A stretch of DNA of 64,000 nt from NCBI RefSeq assembly GCF_001194135.2, contig NC_068998.1, positions 12,325,183-12,389,182 of the forward strand. The letters run 5' to 3'. Shown in pieces: positions 62,546 to 64,000 of the stretch. The translations under genes and the position numbers were made by a program. Position 1 is the stretch's first letter; every line of letters starts with the position of its first letter. A model generated the notes under the pieces. That model worked only from the letters and a program-made list of their open reading frames with translations, did no database searches and had not been told where the DNA came from. The DNA is from Octopus bimaculoides. Taxonomy: Eukaryota.

Positions 62546-63358
62546 TATTTATTTCTTATTTATTTGTTTATAATTTGATAGTTGTTTCTGCACTTTTCGT
62601 TCTCATACTGTTTAGTATGTCGGGTACATTTTGAAAGTCATGCATAAAAAAATGTTCAAGGTGAACAAATGATTTGCCAGAATGCTGCAAAATTTCTTTT
62701 CCATACATTAGTGTTGCTGCATGCTACTTGTGTTATTGTTCTGTCTCTTTGCTGAATGATAACATTTTTCTATGTTTTCCCATGGCTAATTATCTGCTAT
62801 TTTTCTAAAGGGGTTATGGATTAATTTCTTATACGCTGTATAGATTTTAATTCATTTAAATTAAAATTCAATACAATATCTTAGTTTTCTAGTATATACG
62901 CGTTATTTAAAAACTATTGCCATTTTCTTTATAGAAACTCATGTCATTTTTACCAAGTGTAAAATACTCATCTGACAACGCAAAAGCTCAACATAACTAG
63001 TAGTAATGCGTCACACAGTACCTTATGGTTTTGTTCGGTTACTTAACGCTCTGAGATCAAATCATGCCGATGTTAGCTTGGCGTTTCACTCTTCTGAGGC
63101 CAAATAAATAACACAAGAGATGAGTTTCAGGTTAATTTAATCTTCTAACCACGTTCCTGAAATTTCAGGCTTTGTGCCTAGGTAAGGATATGAAGCTATG
63201 GAGGAAAGTGGACTTAAAGTTATCACTAGAGCAGAAGACATTACTTTACATTTTTGCTTTCTGTCCTTCAGCAGTTGATAACATAAGGTACCAGTCAAGA
63301 ACTGTTGTCGATCTAATGGCCAACACATCTTTATCGACCATACCTGGCCTTGTGAAAA

Positions 63359-63576
63359 TATTGGTTTCAAATTTCGGTACAAGACCAGCAGTTTTGGAAG
63401 AGGGGCCAAGTCGATTACATCGACCCCACTGCTCAACTAGTACTCATTTTATCGACACCAGAGAGATGAAAGGTAAAGCCGACCTTGGCGGAATTTGAAC
63501 ACAGAACGTAAGGACAGACGAAATTCCACGAAGCATTTTGCCCTGCGTGCTAACGATTTTGCAAGCTCACCACCTT
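63359..63576 (-). mobile_element. SINE family A, full length
   Basis: Reverse complement of the whole family A consensus. Confidence 0.85.
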
Positions 63577-64000
63577 GGCCTTATGGCAAGATTAAAAGTT
63601 AATATTTAAGATAGTGAGTAGGGCATACTTAAACACAGCAGGATAGCACGGGTAAAAATTGCGGCGGATTTAGTTGTCTCTGCGTTCTAATTTCAAATCC
63701 CACCAGCGTTGACTTCGCATTTAATATTTGCGGCAGTATATATAGAATAAGTGCCGGTTACTGTGGTAGATTATATTACCTCTTCTCTACATATATGGTC
63801 TTCTATTCATCTTAGATTCGTTAAAAGTGAATGTTGGTAAAACTAAATGTATTTCATCTTTTAATTGAAACTTAATACCTATGCATACACAGTTTCTTTT
63901 TCCATGCTATAGAAGCATCTATGTTAACATAAGATGCATCCATGCATCTATGTTGACATAAGAAGCATCTATGTTGACATAAAAACAGCTAGAAACAGCA

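Noticed and set aside
63910-63981. Three ~21-bp repeats GCATCTATGTT(G/A)ACATAAGA
   Set aside because: Ordinary short tandem repeat with no unique spacers; not CRISPR-like.

Overview
AT-rich, repeat-dense animal genomic DNA with many N gaps flanked by microsatellites. The SINE repertoire and low-complexity content suggest an octopod cephalopod draft assembly (inference, not database-checked). The only host genes I can support form a cluster of four paralogous class A (rhodopsin-like) orphan GPCR loci in the first 34 kb. Two are intact single-coding-exon genes on the + strand (19259-20320, 353 aa; 32672-33754, 360 aa; roughly 40% identical by eye). Two are decayed copies on the - strand: a frameshifted near-full-length pseudogene (~9117-10239) and a TM5-TM7 remnant (4552-5061). 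The paralogs also share non-coding sequence: a 3' splice acceptor 65-90 nt before the start codon, an ~18-nt 3'UTR motif in all four copies, and a ~550-bp upstream block plus an intron motif shared by the two intact genes. The rest is transposon debris: R4/Dong-like RLE LINEs with (TAA)n tails, RTE and Penelope fragments, an ORF1 zinc-knuckle fragment, hAT, Tc1, mariner, a probable non-autonomous Helitron, and several tRNA-derived SINE families (labelled A-D here), plus one short interspersed repeat without a recognisable tRNA head (E). No host gene was recognised in 34-64 kb. Alignments were done by eye and repeat boundaries are approximate.
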